64,000 nucleotides of DNA. Source: the human T2T-CHM13v2.0 reference genome, Homo sapiens. The DNA is taken from NCBI RefSeq assembly GCF_009914755.1, contig NC_060943.1; one strand, written 5' to 3'. This document shows, piece by piece, positions 63,891 to 64,000 of this stretch (position 1 is the first letter of the stretch; each line of letters begins with the position of its first letter). The notes beneath the pieces were generated by a model. The model did not search any database and was not told the DNA's origin. It worked only from the letters and a program-made list of their open reading frames with translations. A program made the translations under genes and the position numbers.

Positions 63891-64000
63891 CTATATTCTT
63901 TTTTTAAAATTATTCTTTTTTTTATTTTGTAGAGATGGGGTCTTGGTATGTTGCCTAGGCCAGTCTGGAATTCCTGGGCTCAAACAATCCTGTCTCTGCC

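Overview
This is human (primate) genomic DNA from chr19p13.2, recognised from the sequence. Bases 295-~29280 hold the 3' third of SMARCA4 (BRG1) on the + strand. Eleven coding exons chain in frame through GT-AG junctions, including two cassette exons (99 nt and 96 nt). They encode helicase motif VI, the SnAC region, LxCxE, the AT-hook, the bromodomain and the acidic tail, followed by a ~460-nt 3'UTR with AATAAA. An ~27-kb, extremely Alu-dense intergenic region follows. Then come the LDLR promoter (Sp1 repeats 1 and 3, SRE-1, TATA-like boxes), exon 1 (ATG 56546, signal peptide) and the first 7.4 kb of intron 1. Nearly all other ORFs in the track are Alu/L1-derived or chance ORFs, and I see no new protein-coding system. 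The best leads are cis-regulatory or structural. (1) LDLR intron 1 has a non-repeat 48-bp inverted duplication (39 bp perfect) that encloses an inverted Alu pair and duplicates an AP-1 composite site. (2) A second perfect SRE-1 lies beside a CCAAT box ~115 bp upstream of that duplication. (3) A heat-shock-element cluster sits 8-9 kb upstream of LDLR. (4) A tandemly duplicated Maf element lies ~24.5 kb upstream. SMARCA4 also shows splicing oddities (L1-derived exon, TG acceptor, NAGNAG, possible poison acceptors) and a fragmented hAT/Charlie transposase fossil. Repeat subfamily names and boundaries are by eye and approximate.
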